DNA of 64,000 bases from the NCBI GenBank assembly GCA_047601445.1, contig JASGJH010000001.1:2688001-2752000 (forward strand). Reading direction: 5' to 3'. Position 1 is the stretch's first letter. The number at the start of each line of letters is the position of its first letter. Source of the stretch: Myxococcales bacterium. GTDB taxonomy: Bacteria > Myxococcota_A > Polyangia > Polyangiales > DASUME01. A program made the position numbers and the translations under genes. Below, one piece after another: positions 20,277 through 30,681 of the stretch. Below the pieces are notes generated by a model. The model made no database searches. It was not told the DNA's origin and worked only from the letters and a program-made list of their open reading frames with translations.

Positions 20277-20345
20277 GGCCCTCACTCTAGCGTTGAACGC
20301 AGGCCCGCGGTGTTGCAGAACTGCGGCCCGACAGGAGTACTGGGC

Positions 20346-20864
20346 ATGGCGAAGGCGAAGGACAACGAGCTGCATAAATCAGGTACGCCCGTGGTGGGAA
20401 TCCTCACCGGGAGTCCGAGCGATCTGGACGTGGTGAAGAAGGCCGAAGACACGCTTCACAGCCTCGGGATCCCCTGCGAGCTGTTCGTGCTCTCGGCGCA
20501 CCGCACGCCCGAGCTCACGGTGCGTTACGTCAAGGAAGCCGAGACACGTGGACTCGAAGTGATCATCGCCTGCGCGGGCATGGCGGCCCATCTCGCGGGC
20601 GTGGTCGCGGCGCACACGTTCTTGCCGGTCATCGGCGTGCCGCTCAAGTCGAGCCTCGACGGCATGGACGCGCTGTTGTCCACCGTGCAGATGCCGCCCG
20701 GCATCCCGGTGGCCACGGTGGGCATCGACGGTTCGAAGAACGCGGCCTACCTCGCAGCGCGCATCCTGGCCCGCAAGTACCCAGAGATCACGGAGCGCTT
20801 GCAGGAAGATCTGGCGCAGCAGCAGACCCGCTACGACAATCCATTCGCCGAAAAGAAGAAGTAG
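20346..20864 (+). CDS. purE: N5-CAIR mutase
   Basis: [20 protein letters not shown] and [11 protein letters not shown] motifs. Confidence 0.98.
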   Translation: MAKAKDNELHKSGTPVVGILTGSPSDLDVVKKAEDTLHSLGIPCELFVLSAHRTPELTVRYVKEAETRGLEVIIACAGMAAHLAGVVAAHTFLPVIGVPLKSSLDGMDALLSTVQMPPGIPVATVGIDGSKNAAYLAARILARKYPEITERLQEDLAQQQTRYDNPFAEKKK

Positions 20865-20867
20865 TTT

Positions 20868-21764
20868 TCAGCCCTCGAGCAGCGCTCGCAGGCACTCCGC
20901 AAGTGTGGGGTGTTCGAAGCGAAATGCGCTGCCGAGGAGTTGCTTGGGCAACACGCGCTGGCCGGCCAAGAGGGCGACCTCGGCCAGCTCTCCGATCGCT
21001 AGCCGGGCCGCAAAGCCGGGCACCGCGAAGAAGGCTGGGCGCCCGAGCGCTGCCGCCAGCTCGCGGGTGAACTCGGCGTTGGTGGCCGGCATGGGCGCCG
21101 TCAGATTGACTGGTCCGCGCAGATCCGAGCGATCGAGCGCGTGGATCAGGGCGCGCACGGTGTCCGCCAGTGAGATCCAGCTCATGTATTGCTGACCGGA
21201 GCCGAGCTTTCCGCCCAGGCCGAGCTTGAACACCGGAAGCAGCTTGGCGAGCGCACCACCGCTCGGGTGCAAGACGACGCCGGTGCGCGGATGCACCACG
21301 CGGAGCACCGCGGCCGCCGGACGCGCGGCGGACTCCCAGGCCACCCCCACGTCCGACAAGAAGTCGTGGCCGACACTGCTGTGTTCGTCGAGTTCCTCGG
21401 CGCCGCGATCGCCGTAGATCCCGATGGCCGATCCGCTGATCCAGACACCCGGCTTGCGCGTGAGACCGAGCAAGGTGCTGGCGAGCAAGCTGGTGCCCTT
21501 GACCCGGCTATCGCGGATGCGCGCCTTGTGGGCCTCGGTCCAGCGCCCGTCGGCAATGCTTTCACCGGCCAAGTGCACCAGCCCGTCGATGCCTTCGAGG
21601 GCCTCGGCGTCGATGCGACCCCGCTCGGGATCCCATTGGATGGCGTCATCGGCCAGCCCGCCCGGACGCACCAACGGTCGCACGCGATCGCCCCGTGAGC
21701 GCAGGGCGCGCACCAGCGCCGAGCCGATAAACCCCGAAGCCCCCGTCACCGCGATCGTGGCCAT
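20868..21764 (-). CDS. TIGR01777-family NAD-dependent epimerase-like protein
   Basis: VTGASGFIG, HLAGE and GSGQQYMSWI motifs. Confidence 0.93.
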   Translation of the reverse strand: MATIAVTGASGFIGSALVRALRSRGDRVRPLVRPGGLADDAIQWDPERGRIDAEALEGIDGLVHLAGESIADGRWTEAHKARIRDSRVKGTSLLASTLLGLTRKPGVWISGSAIGIYGDRGAEELDEHSSVGHDFLSDVGVAWESAARPAAAVLRVVHPRTGVVLHPSGGALAKLLPVFKLGLGGKLGSGQQYMSWISLADTVRALIHALDRSDLRGPVNLTAPMPATNAEFTRELAAALGRPAFFAVPGFAARLAIGELAEVALLAGQRVLPKQLLGSAFRFEHPTLAECLRALLEG

Positions 21765-21822
21765 GGCCCTAAGTTTACACAGGCATGGACCCAAGCCCCC
21801 CTGTTCCCTATCCTTGGGCCCG

Positions 21823-23202
21823 ATGGATATCCTTTTTGTGTCGCCGAGCCTTTCCCCCTACCCGGTCGAATCCGGTCCGTCGGAGGCGTGCGCGGCACTT
21901 TCCAAGGCGTTGCGCAGCCTCGGTCATCGGATTTCCATTCTCGCGCCGTACCCGGAGGAACCCGATCCCAACCTGAGCGGACTCGCGCGCCGGCTGGACC
22001 CGATCCGGGTGGACCTGGGATCGCGCGCCGAGGCGGTGCACGTCCACGACGGGCGTTCGGCCGGCGGCGTGGAGTGGATCCTGCTGCAGCACCCTGCACT
22101 CTCGGACCTGTTCGAGATCGATGAGTCGGCGTTGTTCGCGCAGGCCGTCCTGGCGCGTGCCACCGAGCAGCTCCTGGCGCGCGAGCGCGCCTTCGACGCC
22201 GTGCACTTCCACGGCGAGGAAACCGCCCTGGCCGCAGCCCTCGTGGCGAGCACACGGCGCTTTCCCGTGATCTTCAGTGCTTACTCGTTGGCCAACCCGC
22301 TGCGCTTCTCGGCACGTCAAACGCACGCGCTCGGCCTCGAGGCGTTCGCGGACCAGGACGGCACAGTGTGCCCGCTCCTGTGGGCGATCCAGAGCGCGCA
22401 GCGCGTCAGCACGAGCTTGCCCGAACGTGTGCTCGCGAGCGCTCCGAGTGAGGACGACGCCCTGGTGGCCCGCGCACTCAAGGCGCGCGGTGGGGCGCTC
22501 TCTGCAGTTCCCTTCGGGCTCGACTCCGCGCTGTGGAATCCGCTCACGGACGTGCACCTGGTGGCCCGCTACACGCCCCACGATCTCACCGGCAAGGCGC
22601 GCTGCAAGGCCATGTTGCAGCGTGAGCTCAAGCTTGAGATCGATCCCGACGTGGCCCTCCTGGGCGCGGTGGAAAGCGCGTTCGGTGCCGAGCGCATCGA
22701 GCGCATCGCCAAGGACCTGGTGCGCACGGACGTGCAGCTGGTGCTGCAGGTGCTCGACGAAGACGCCGGCTGCATCGACGCCTTGATCGCCCTCAGCGAC
22801 CGCATGCCCCATCGCCTGCAGGTTCGCATCGGCGACAGTCAGCTGCGCACCCACCGCATCGTCTCCGGCAGCGACGCCCTCCTGATCACGAGCGAGCGAC
22901 CCGTGCTGGCGATGGCGGCCCAGCGCTACGGCACCCTGCCCGTGGCGCGCCGCGGCTCGGCCAGCGCCGAGAGCGTGGTGGATATCGACGCCAAGCTCGC
23001 GACTGGCACCGGCATCCTCTACGACGATCGTTCCAGCGAGGCGCTCCTGGCGGGTGCGCGCCGGGCGGTGGCGGCGTTCAATCGGGGTCTACCGTTCGAG
23101 AAACTGCGCACGCGCATGATGCGCACGGACTTCAGCTGGGAGCGCGCAGCCCGCATGTTCGAGCTCATCTACCAGCAAGCCGTCAGCAACGAAGCGGCCT
23201 GA
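21823..23202 (+). CDS. Glycogen/starch synthase-like (GT5) protein with degenerate catalytic motifs
   Basis: MDILFVS, GLDSALWNP, GKARCKAMLQREL, AQRYGTLPVAR and DFSWERAA match the GlgA layout; KTGGL is absent. Confidence 0.75.
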   Translation: MDILFVSPSLSPYPVESGPSEACAALSKALRSLGHRISILAPYPEEPDPNLSGLARRLDPIRVDLGSRAEAVHVHDGRSAGGVEWILLQHPALSDLFEIDESALFAQAVLARATEQLLARERAFDAVHFHGEETALAAALVASTRRFPVIFSAYSLANPLRFSARQTHALGLEAFADQDGTVCPLLWAIQSAQRVSTSLPERVLASAPSEDDALVARALKARGGALSAVPFGLDSALWNPLTDVHLVARYTPHDLTGKARCKAMLQRELKLEIDPDVALLGAVESAFGAERIERIAKDLVRTDVQLVLQVLDEDAGCIDALIALSDRMPHRLQVRIGDSQLRTHRIVSGSDALLITSERPVLAMAAQRYGTLPVARRGSASAESVVDIDAKLATGTGILYDDRSSEALLAGARRAVAAFNRGLPFEKLRTRMMRTDFSWERAARMFELIYQQAVSNEAA

Positions 23203-23233
23203 GCCCGGGGGCGCGCCCTACGAGCGCGCCGCC

Positions 23234-23719
23234 TCAGTCGCGGAAGTTCGTGAACTGCAGATCGATCTGGAGGTCCTTGGCGCGCAGCGCCTGGATCACC
23301 TCCTGCAGCTCGTCCTTCTTCTTGCCGGTTACCCGGACCTGCTCGCCCTGGATCGACGCCTGAACCTTGAACTTCCCGTCCTTGATGAACTGAATGACGT
23401 CCTTGGCCTTCTCCTTGGAGATGCCTTGCTTCAGCTTCACCAGCTGGCGGAAGTGCCCCTTGGCGGCGGGCTCCGGCGTCTGAGGGTCGAGCGCCCGCAC
23501 GCTCACTTTGCGCTTGGCGCACTTCTCGCGCAGGACGCTCAGGGCCGCCTCGAGCCTGTTTTCGCTGTTGGCGCGCAGCATGATGCCGTCTTCGGTGCGC
23601 TCGAGTTCGGTGCTCGTGTCACGGAAGTCGAAGCGCGCCCCAACTTCCTTCTGGGCCTGCTGGAGAGCGTTCTCCAGCTCGTGCGAGTCGATCTCGGACA
23701 CGATGTCGAATGACGGCAT
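23234..23719 (-). CDS. yajQ: YajQ family nucleotide/c-di-GMP-binding protein
   Basis: MPSFDIVSE...LQFTNFRD termini. Confidence 0.97.
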   Translation of the reverse strand: MPSFDIVSEIDSHELENALQQAQKEVGARFDFRDTSTELERTEDGIMLRANSENRLEAALSVLREKCAKRKVSVRALDPQTPEPAAKGHFRQLVKLKQGISKEKAKDVIQFIKDGKFKVQASIQGEQVRVTGKKKDELQEVIQALRAKDLQIDLQFTNFRD

Positions 23720-23773
23720 GGTTCACTCCCTGGCGCACTTGCACGGTCTGACGAGGACGGTCTGGCGAGCCTA

Positions 23774-24493
23774 TTACTCCATGGGCACGAGCGGAAGCCC
23801 GCCGGGTAGCTTGGCGTCGCTCGGGCGCAAATACAGCGGCTCGAGCGTGGCCAACTCCGGGGCGCCGGCACGCTCGAAGAGCAGCGCAGCCTCATGGGCC
23901 AGGCAGGCCGCGCGAGGCACGTCACAGAAACGGGGGCTGCGCTGCACGAGCTTGCCGAGCGGCGCGAGCAGGGCGTCGCCGTAGCGGTCGAGGCCATCGC
24001 CGGCCAGCCAAAGTCGCTCCTCGGGAACCGCCGCGCGCAGATATTGAGCCGCATCGGCAGGCAGCGCATGGAAGGGCGCCACAACCTCCACCAGGTCCGC
24101 GTGCTCGTCCCGCGCGTAGGCCGCGCAGTAGACCTCTCCCTTGTGCGCGTCCAGCACCGGCACCGCCAGGCCGACCCCGTGCCCCATGCCGCGCGCGAGC
24201 GTGCGCAGCGAGGTCACCCCGACCAGCGGCTTCTGCTCGGCCAGGGCCAGCCCCTTGGCGGTGGCCACGCCGATCCGGACCCCCGTGAACGACCCGGGAC
24301 CGATGCCGACCGCCAACAGATCGAGCTCGGCCAGTTTCACTCCGGCATGGGTGAGCACGCGCTCCACGTGCGGCAACAGCGTTTCACCGTGGGAGGCGCG
24401 CACCGAGGCGCTCAACTCCGCGAGGAGGCTGCCATCCCGCAGGACAGCCACGGTGCCGAGAAAGGTCGAGGTATCGAGGGCGAGGACCAACAT
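23774..24493 (-). CDS. tsaB: tRNA threonylcarbamoyladenosine biosynthesis protein TsaB
   Basis: LALDTS, GPGSFTGVRIG and EPLYLR motifs. Confidence 0.96.
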   Translation of the reverse strand: MLVLALDTSTFLGTVAVLRDGSLLAELSASVRASHGETLLPHVERVLTHAGVKLAELDLLAVGIGPGSFTGVRIGVATAKGLALAEQKPLVGVTSLRTLARGMGHGVGLAVPVLDAHKGEVYCAAYARDEHADLVEVVAPFHALPADAAQYLRAAVPEERLWLAGDGLDRYGDALLAPLGKLVQRSPRFCDVPRAACLAHEAALLFERAGAPELATLEPLYLRPSDAKLPGGLPLVPME

Positions 24494-24601
24494 CCGCAGG
24501 CCGCCACGTACGCCCTGGAACTGGCCCCCGCAAGGGCTGAGGCATCCAAAGCCCCGCCTTCTTGACCCCCTGCCCCCAGCACGGTACCCCTGCGACCCGC
24601 A

Positions 24602-25186
24602 ATGCTCGGTCTCCTCACTCCGACCGACCCTAGCTGGGTCCAGGCTGCCCAGAACGACTTGGTCGGGCTGCTCTCGGATCATGCCCATTGCGAGCTCAAG
24701 GCCGCCGTCGCGGCCCTCGCCTTGGTGGGTCGCTTCGGTGCCATGTACCCGCCCCTGGTGGCCCCCCTGTCGGCCCTGGCCCAGGAAGAAACCGGCCATT
24801 TTCGCGCGGTGCACGCCCAGCTCGGCCAGCGCGAGGCGGCCTTCACCACCCCCGAGCCCGACGCTTACGTGAACGAGCTCTGGAACGCGACCAAGCCCGA
24901 GCGCGGTCAGGTCCCGGTGGTGCTCGACCGGCTGCTGGTGAATGCCCTGATCGAGGCGCGTTCGTGTGAACGCTTCAAGTTGCTCAGCGAGGGCCTTGCG
25001 GACCTCGCGCTACGTCAGTTCTATCGGGAGCTGATGGAATCCGAGGCCCGCCACTATCGGCTGTTTTGTGGCCTGTCGGAGGAGCTGTTTGGTGTCAAGC
25101 TTGCGCGCGAACGACTGTCGCAGTTGGCGACGCGCGAGTCACAGCTCTCGAGCAAATTGCCGCTCGGGCCCAAGGTGCACGGATGA
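24602..25186 (+). CDS. miaE: tRNA-(ms2io6A37) hydroxylase
   Basis: DHAHCELKAA, EETGHF, IEARSCERF and SEARHY di-iron motifs. Confidence 0.93.
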   Translation: MLGLLTPTDPSWVQAAQNDLVGLLSDHAHCELKAAVAALALVGRFGAMYPPLVAPLSALAQEETGHFRAVHAQLGQREAAFTTPEPDAYVNELWNATKPERGQVPVVLDRLLVNALIEARSCERFKLLSEGLADLALRQFYRELMESEARHYRLFCGLSEELFGVKLARERLSQLATRESQLSSKLPLGPKVHG

Positions 25187-25866
25187 GCGAGGAGTCTGGC
25201 CAGAGTAATTTCAAGACCATCGGCAGTGCGATCCTGCTCGCCATGTTCATCCGCATCGTCCTGTTCGAAGCCTTCGAGATCGAAGGACCTTCGATGGAGC
25301 CCACGCTGCTCAACGGGGATCGCGTGGTGGTGGCCAAGTTCGTGTACGGGCTGTTCTTGCCGTTCATGAACGAGGCGGTGACGAGCTGGGGGCTGCCGAA
25401 TCCGGGTGACGTGGTGATCGTGCGCAGCCCGCGCGACAACGTAGACATCGTGAAGCGCGTAGTGGGCCTGCCGGGAGACACGCTCGAGCTGCGAGACGGC
25501 GTGATCTACCGGAACGGCAGCGCCGTGCCGCATGTGAGCCTCGGTAGCTGCCAGGACCGCGCCGATGCCGGACCGTTCGGTTGCGAGTGGGTCGAAGAGA
25601 AGCTCGGCGAGCACACCTATCGGATCAGCCAAAGCCTCGATTCCATCCGCACTACGCGCCCGCAGATCAAGGTCGAGCCCGGCCACATCTACGTGCTCGG
25701 CGACCACCGCGACCGCTCCAACGACAGCCGCGCCCTGGGCACGATCTCGATCAGCCGCGTGAAGGGCAAGGTGCTCTCCATCTACTGGTCGAGTGAGGGC
25801 GGCCCAGCCGGCTGCGCTTCGATCGACGGTCTGCGTACCGAACGCATGTTCCGCAGCGTAGACTGA
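25183..25866 (+). CDS. lepB: Signal peptidase I
   Basis: SMEPTL, VKRVVGLPGD and GDHRDRSNDSR motifs. Confidence 0.95.
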   Translation: MSEESGQSNFKTIGSAILLAMFIRIVLFEAFEIEGPSMEPTLLNGDRVVVAKFVYGLFLPFMNEAVTSWGLPNPGDVVIVRSPRDNVDIVKRVVGLPGDTLELRDGVIYRNGSAVPHVSLGSCQDRADAGPFGCEWVEEKLGEHTYRISQSLDSIRTTRPQIKVEPGHIYVLGDHRDRSNDSRALGTISISRVKGKVLSIYWSSEGGPAGCASIDGLRTERMFRSVD

Positions 25867-25964
25867 GGGCAATCCCCGAGCTCTGGCGGCCGCGTTTTGG
25901 GCGCAACTGTTCGGGTGCTCACAGGAAGCCCCCCGGGGCGAAGCCCATTTAGCCAAGGAGAAGC

Positions 25965-27452
25965 ATGAGTCTCGGCAAGTACCAGAGCGAGATTCGCGAG
26001 CGCCTACAGGACGAGGTCGGGACCATCGTCAAGGACGCGCCTGAGAAGGTCGCGCTGCTCTATCCGAGCCCCTACCACGTGGCGATGTCGTCGCTCGGCT
26101 TCCAGACCATGTACCGCGAGATCAACGCGGCGGTCGGACGCTCCGCCGAGCGCGCCTTCCTGCCCGATGACGTGGCCGCCCATGCCCAGGGCAAGTTGCC
26201 TGTGCTCAGCTACGAATCGCGACGGCCGGTGGGGGACTTCCCCGTGATCGGACTCTCGGTGGCGTTCGAGCTGGAGCTGGCGGGCGTGGTGCAGTCGCTG
26301 GAGCTCGCGGGCGTCCCGCCGCTCGCCAAGGACCGCACGGACCAGCATCCCTTCGTGCTATGCGGCGGGCCGCTCACGTTCTCGAACCCGCTGCCGCTCT
26401 CTCCCTTCGCCGACGCCATCCTCATGGGCGAAGCCGATCAGACGATTCACCAGGCGCTCGACGTGCTCTTCGCGATCCCCGGGCGCCGCGAGCGACTCGA
26501 GGCACTGGCGAACATTCCGTCGTGCTTCGTGCCGGAGATCCACGGCGATCAGCTGCCCGCCGGAGGCAAGTGCTCGGACGAGTTGCTGCCTGCATACGCG
26601 GTCATCCGCACGCCGAATACCGAGCTTCGCAACATGTTCCTGATCGAAGCCGAGCGGGGTTGCTCGCGCGGCTGCGCCTACTGCGTGATGCGGCGCTCCA
26701 CCAACGGCGGCATGCGCATCGTGCCCATGGAGAAGATCCTTTCCCTGATTCCGCCGGACGCCACCAAGGTCGGCCTGGTCGGGGCGGCCGTCAGCGACCA
26801 CCCGAAGATCTGCGACCTGATCGAGACCCTCGCCGACCGCGGCGTGGAGACGAGTCTCTCGTCGCTGCGACCCGACCGCTTGAATGAGCGCTTCGTGGCC
26901 GCGTTGCGCCGCGCCGGACATACCGCGTTGACCACCGCCAGCGATGGAGCGAGCCAGCGCCTGCGCGACACCATCAATCGCAAGACGCGCGAGAAGCACC
27001 TCCACGAGGTGGCGCGCCTGTGCCGCGAGCACGGCATGAAGCGCCTCAAGCTCTACATGATGGTGGGGCTGCCGGAGGAGATCGACGAGGACATCGACGA
27101 GCTGATCCAGTTCGGCACCGAGATCTCGAAGATCATCCCGCTTTCCCTCGGCATCGCGCCCTTCGTCTCCAAGCGCAACACGCCCCTCGACGGGCTGCCC
27201 TTTGCCGGGGTCGAAACGGTCGAAGCTCGTCTCAATCGCCTGCGTAAGGGTGTGCGGGGCCGGGTCGACGTGCGGGCCACCAGCGCCCGCTGGGCGTGGG
27301 TCGAATACGTGCTTGCCCAGGGCGGAGCCGCCGAGGGGCTTGCGGTCTACCAGGCCGTCCAGGCCGGCGGGAGCTTTGCGGATTACCGAAAGGCCTTCGC
27401 GGCCTTGCCGACCGCACGCAAGAAGCGCCCCCTGGCCATCGCAGCCCTGTGA
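25965..27452 (+). CDS. Radical SAM protein with B12-binding-like N-terminus
   Basis: RGCSRGCAYC (CxxxCxxC) and KLYMMVGLP motifs. Confidence 0.9.
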   Translation: MSLGKYQSEIRERLQDEVGTIVKDAPEKVALLYPSPYHVAMSSLGFQTMYREINAAVGRSAERAFLPDDVAAHAQGKLPVLSYESRRPVGDFPVIGLSVAFELELAGVVQSLELAGVPPLAKDRTDQHPFVLCGGPLTFSNPLPLSPFADAILMGEADQTIHQALDVLFAIPGRRERLEALANIPSCFVPEIHGDQLPAGGKCSDELLPAYAVIRTPNTELRNMFLIEAERGCSRGCAYCVMRRSTNGGMRIVPMEKILSLIPPDATKVGLVGAAVSDHPKICDLIETLADRGVETSLSSLRPDRLNERFVAALRRAGHTALTTASDGASQRLRDTINRKTREKHLHEVARLCREHGMKRLKLYMMVGLPEEIDEDIDELIQFGTEISKIIPLSLGIAPFVSKRNTPLDGLPFAGVETVEARLNRLRKGVRGRVDVRATSARWAWVEYVLAQGGAAEGLAVYQAVQAGGSFADYRKAFAALPTARKKRPLAIAAL

Positions 27453-27528
27453 GGGAGCCCAGACGGGCCCCCCATTTGGTGCCGACCTTGACAATACCGG
27501 CCCCGGGGGGGAGGCTCGCGTGTCCTCG

Positions 27529-28194
27529 ATGAAACGGGAACAGCGTCGAAAACAGCTCCTCTCCCTCGCCCGCGACGTGTTCGCCGAGAAGGGCTATCAC
27601 GCCGCCAAGATCGACGACATCGTGGCCCACGCCAAGGTGGCGCGCGCCACCTTCTACCTGCACTTCACGGATAAGCGCTGCGTGTTCGAGGAGTTGGTCG
27701 ACGACTTCCTGGCGCGCATCAGCGCCGCCATCGTGCGCATTCGCCTCGGCGACCACGAGCGACCTCCGTTGGTCCAGCTGCGCGACAACGTTCAGCGCGT
27801 GCTGGGGGTAGGCCTCGGCGACCCGGGCATGACCAAGATCCTGCTCAAGAACGCGGCCGGCCTCGACCCGGACTTCGACCGCAAGGTGCGCGCTTTCTAT
27901 CGCACCATCGAGGAGCTCCTCGCGCTGAGCCTGCTCAATGGACAGCGTCTGGGTCTGGTGCGGGCGGGCGACCGACGCGTGCTGGGCGCGATGGCCCTCG
28001 GTGCCATCAAGGAGCTCTTGATTCACTCGGTGGAGCACCGCATCCAGGCCGCGCCGAACGAGCTGACCGACGACGTGATGGGATTCCTCGCGGGCGGCAT
28101 CCTCGCGAATGGCCTTTCACTCGAGCAGGTGGTGGTGGCGAGCCGTGAGCGCAACGCGAGCTATCCGCCGCTGGCCTACGCCGAAGGCGAGTGA
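27529..28194 (+). CDS. TetR/AcrR family regulator
   Basis: VFAEKGYHAAKIDDIVAHAKVARATFYLHF. Confidence 0.92.
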   Translation: MKREQRRKQLLSLARDVFAEKGYHAAKIDDIVAHAKVARATFYLHFTDKRCVFEELVDDFLARISAAIVRIRLGDHERPPLVQLRDNVQRVLGVGLGDPGMTKILLKNAAGLDPDFDRKVRAFYRTIEELLALSLLNGQRLGLVRAGDRRVLGAMALGAIKELLIHSVEHRIQAAPNELTDDVMGFLAGGILANGLSLEQVVVASRERNASYPPLAYAEGE

Positions 28195-28287
28195 TGCTGC
28201 GCAGACGCTCTCCGTAGATCACGGACCAGCCGCTGCGTCCGACAGGATCCGTAAATCGCCTTGGGCCTGGAGCTAAGGCTCGCGGGC

Positions 28288-29178
28288 TTACGGGGCGGGC
28301 TTCTTCTTACGTGCCTGCTTTGCGGGCGCGGCAGGCTCCGCGCCGCTCGCTACGCCGGCATCGACGCTCACCAGTGGCTCGATCACCAGCTCGACATCCT
28401 TCGAACGCTCGTCCTGGCTGAGCCTGAAGGTCGCGCTCGTGGGCTTGAAGAGCGGGTGCCAGGCGTGGACCGTGAGGTCCTGGTCGAGCGGAACGCCCGT
28501 GATGCTGAAGCGCCCCTCGGAATCGGTGATGTCGTAGAGCGAGTGCGCCGTGGAGAGCAGCACGCTTTCACCGCAGTAGCTGCCCAGCCCGCACTTGATC
28601 GTGATGGGGCCAATCCCCTTGATATCGACCTCTCGCTCGGTCTCCGGCAACAACGCCTGCATGAACGTCTCGCCCGGAAGCTGCGGCAGGAACGGGATCT
28701 TCGAGTGACTCACGACGTGCAACTTGTCGCCGGTCATGGCGGCGATCATCGTGGGCATCAGACGACAATCGCGCAGCTCCAGCTCGTGCGTGACCGGCGC
28801 GCGCGGCGGCGCCGAGGTCATGCCCGTGAGCGCCACGTGCAACGGCGTGAGGCCGTGGCTGGTCTCGTTCTCCGTGACCTGCCTGCGATCCGAGTCGCTG
28901 ATAGGGGGGCACTCCTTGGCAGCCACGACGTCGGCCTTGCTCGGCACGGCGGCGAGCGGGAGCTGGGCACCGGGGGCGAGCTTCACGATGCCGTGTAGGG
29001 TGCCGCGAAACTCGGGAGTTAGTGCCGAATCGGGTTTCTTCCCGCCGTTGGGTGCTTCCGCTTTGCCCGCGTCGGTTTTCGCCGGCTCACGCGCCGACTC
29101 CCGCGGAGGCTTGGAGCTGCAGCCTGTGAGGCCGACGAGCCCAACGATGGTGAGCGTACGGGCGAAGGATGAAACCAT
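28288..29178 (-). CDS. Lipoprotein with carboxypeptidase-regulatory-like beta domains
   Basis: Lipobox LTGC; TDSEGRFSITGVP...VHAWHP; six Cys beyond the lipobox Cys. Confidence 0.75.
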   Translation of the reverse strand: MVSSFARTLTIVGLVGLTGCSSKPPRESAREPAKTDAGKAEAPNGGKKPDSALTPEFRGTLHGIVKLAPGAQLPLAAVPSKADVVAAKECPPISDSDRRQVTENETSHGLTPLHVALTGMTSAPPRAPVTHELELRDCRLMPTMIAAMTGDKLHVVSHSKIPFLPQLPGETFMQALLPETEREVDIKGIGPITIKCGLGSYCGESVLLSTAHSLYDITDSEGRFSITGVPLDQDLTVHAWHPLFKPTSATFRLSQDERSKDVELVIEPLVSVDAGVASGAEPAAPAKQARKKKPAP

Positions 29179-29187
29179 GCGCGTCTC

Positions 29188-30681
29188 TCAGGCGAAGAGC
29201 TTGGCCGCAGCAGTAGCGATGTCGAGATAGCGACCGGGGGCCACGCCCATCTGCAGCACGAACAGCGCCGCCACCACCATCGCAGTGATCACGTAGCCCG
29301 AGCGCATCGGCACGGCACTCGCAGCTCCCTCGGCCGGCTCGCGCATGAACATGTAGATGAGCACGCGCAGGTAGTAGTAGGCGCCGATGGCGCTGGTAAT
29401 GGCGCCCAGCACGGCGAGCCACACCATGCCGCCGCCTGCCTGAACAGCCGCCGCGAACACGTAGTACTTGGCGAAGAAGCCCGCGGTGGGCGGGAAACCC
29501 ATCAGCGAGAGGACGGCGAGGATAAACGGAATCGCGAGCATGGGCTTGCGACGACCGAGGCCAGCCAGATCCTCGTAGCTCACGGCCTCACGGCCTTCCG
29601 AGCCGGCGAAGATGAGCGCGCCGAAGGCGAGCGCGTTCGAGACCGTGTAGGCAGCGAGGTAGAACAGCACGGCAGAGATGGCGGTCTCACCGATCTTCGA
29701 GGCTGCAACCAGACCGATCAAGATGTAGCCCGCGTGCGCGATGGACGAGTAGGCGAGCATGCGCTTGACGCTGCTCTGCGCGACGGCGCCAAGGTTGCCG
29801 AACACCATCGTGAGTGCGGCGAGGCCGGCCAGGATGGGCGGCCAGCCCGACGAACCGGAGGTGAGGTCCGGCCCGGCGAAGCTCACCAGGAACACGCGCA
29901 CCATCACCACGAACACCGAGGACTTCACGCACATGGCCATGAACGCCGTGACCGGCGTGGTGGCGCCCTCATAGGCATCGGGCGTCCACATGTGGAAGGG
30001 CACCGCGCTGATCTTGAAGGCCAGGCCCGCGATCACCAGCATCACGCCCAGGAGCACCAGACGCTCGTCGGCGCTGCCATCCTTGATGGCCGCGGCGATG
30101 CCGGCGAAGTCCGTGTGACCGGTGGCGCCGTAGAGATAGGCGCTGCCGAGCAGCAGGATGGCGGCCGCGAAAGAGCCGAGCAGGAAGTACTTCATGCCCG
30201 CCTCCGCCGCGCGCGCGCTCGTGCGCCGATAGGCCACCAAGGCGTAGATCCCGAGCGACATGGTCTCGAGGCCCACGAACAGACTCAACAGATCGATGGA
30301 GCGCGCCAACACCATGGCACCGAAGGCACTAAACAGGAGCAGCGGGTAGAACTCACCGCGCTCGAGCTTGTGTTCGCTCAGATAGCCACCCGCCAACAGC
30401 GCTGCCAGCGCCGCACCGACCGCGATGACCACGTCGGAGAACAGCGCGAGCTTGTCCGTGGCCAACCAGGTGGTCACGAGTTCGCTGGTGTTCTCGGTGG
30501 CGTGTCCGCTCGTCCACACGCCGCCCGCGACAATGGCCGAACCGGCCAGGATCACTGCGGTCATCATGGCCAGCTCGCTCTTCTCTTCGACGAAGGCGTC
30601 CACCAACATCATGGCCAGGCCTGCCACGACCACACACAAAAGGGGTGCCACCGTGGCCCACGACATGAGCACGCTACTCAT
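29188..30681 (-). CDS. nuoN: NADH-quinone oxidoreductase subunit N
   Basis: FKISAVPFHMWTPDAYEG and KRMLAYSSIAHAGY motifs. Confidence 0.97.
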   Translation of the reverse strand: MSSVLMSWATVAPLLCVVVAGLAMMLVDAFVEEKSELAMMTAVILAGSAIVAGGVWTSGHATENTSELVTTWLATDKLALFSDVVIAVGAALAALLAGGYLSEHKLERGEFYPLLLFSAFGAMVLARSIDLLSLFVGLETMSLGIYALVAYRRTSARAAEAGMKYFLLGSFAAAILLLGSAYLYGATGHTDFAGIAAAIKDGSADERLVLLGVMLVIAGLAFKISAVPFHMWTPDAYEGATTPVTAFMAMCVKSSVFVVMVRVFLVSFAGPDLTSGSSGWPPILAGLAALTMVFGNLGAVAQSSVKRMLAYSSIAHAGYILIGLVAASKIGETAISAVLFYLAAYTVSNALAFGALIFAGSEGREAVSYEDLAGLGRRKPMLAIPFILAVLSLMGFPPTAGFFAKYYVFAAAVQAGGGMVWLAVLGAITSAIGAYYYLRVLIYMFMREPAEGAASAVPMRSGYVITAMVVAALFVLQMGVAPGRYLDIATAAAKLFA

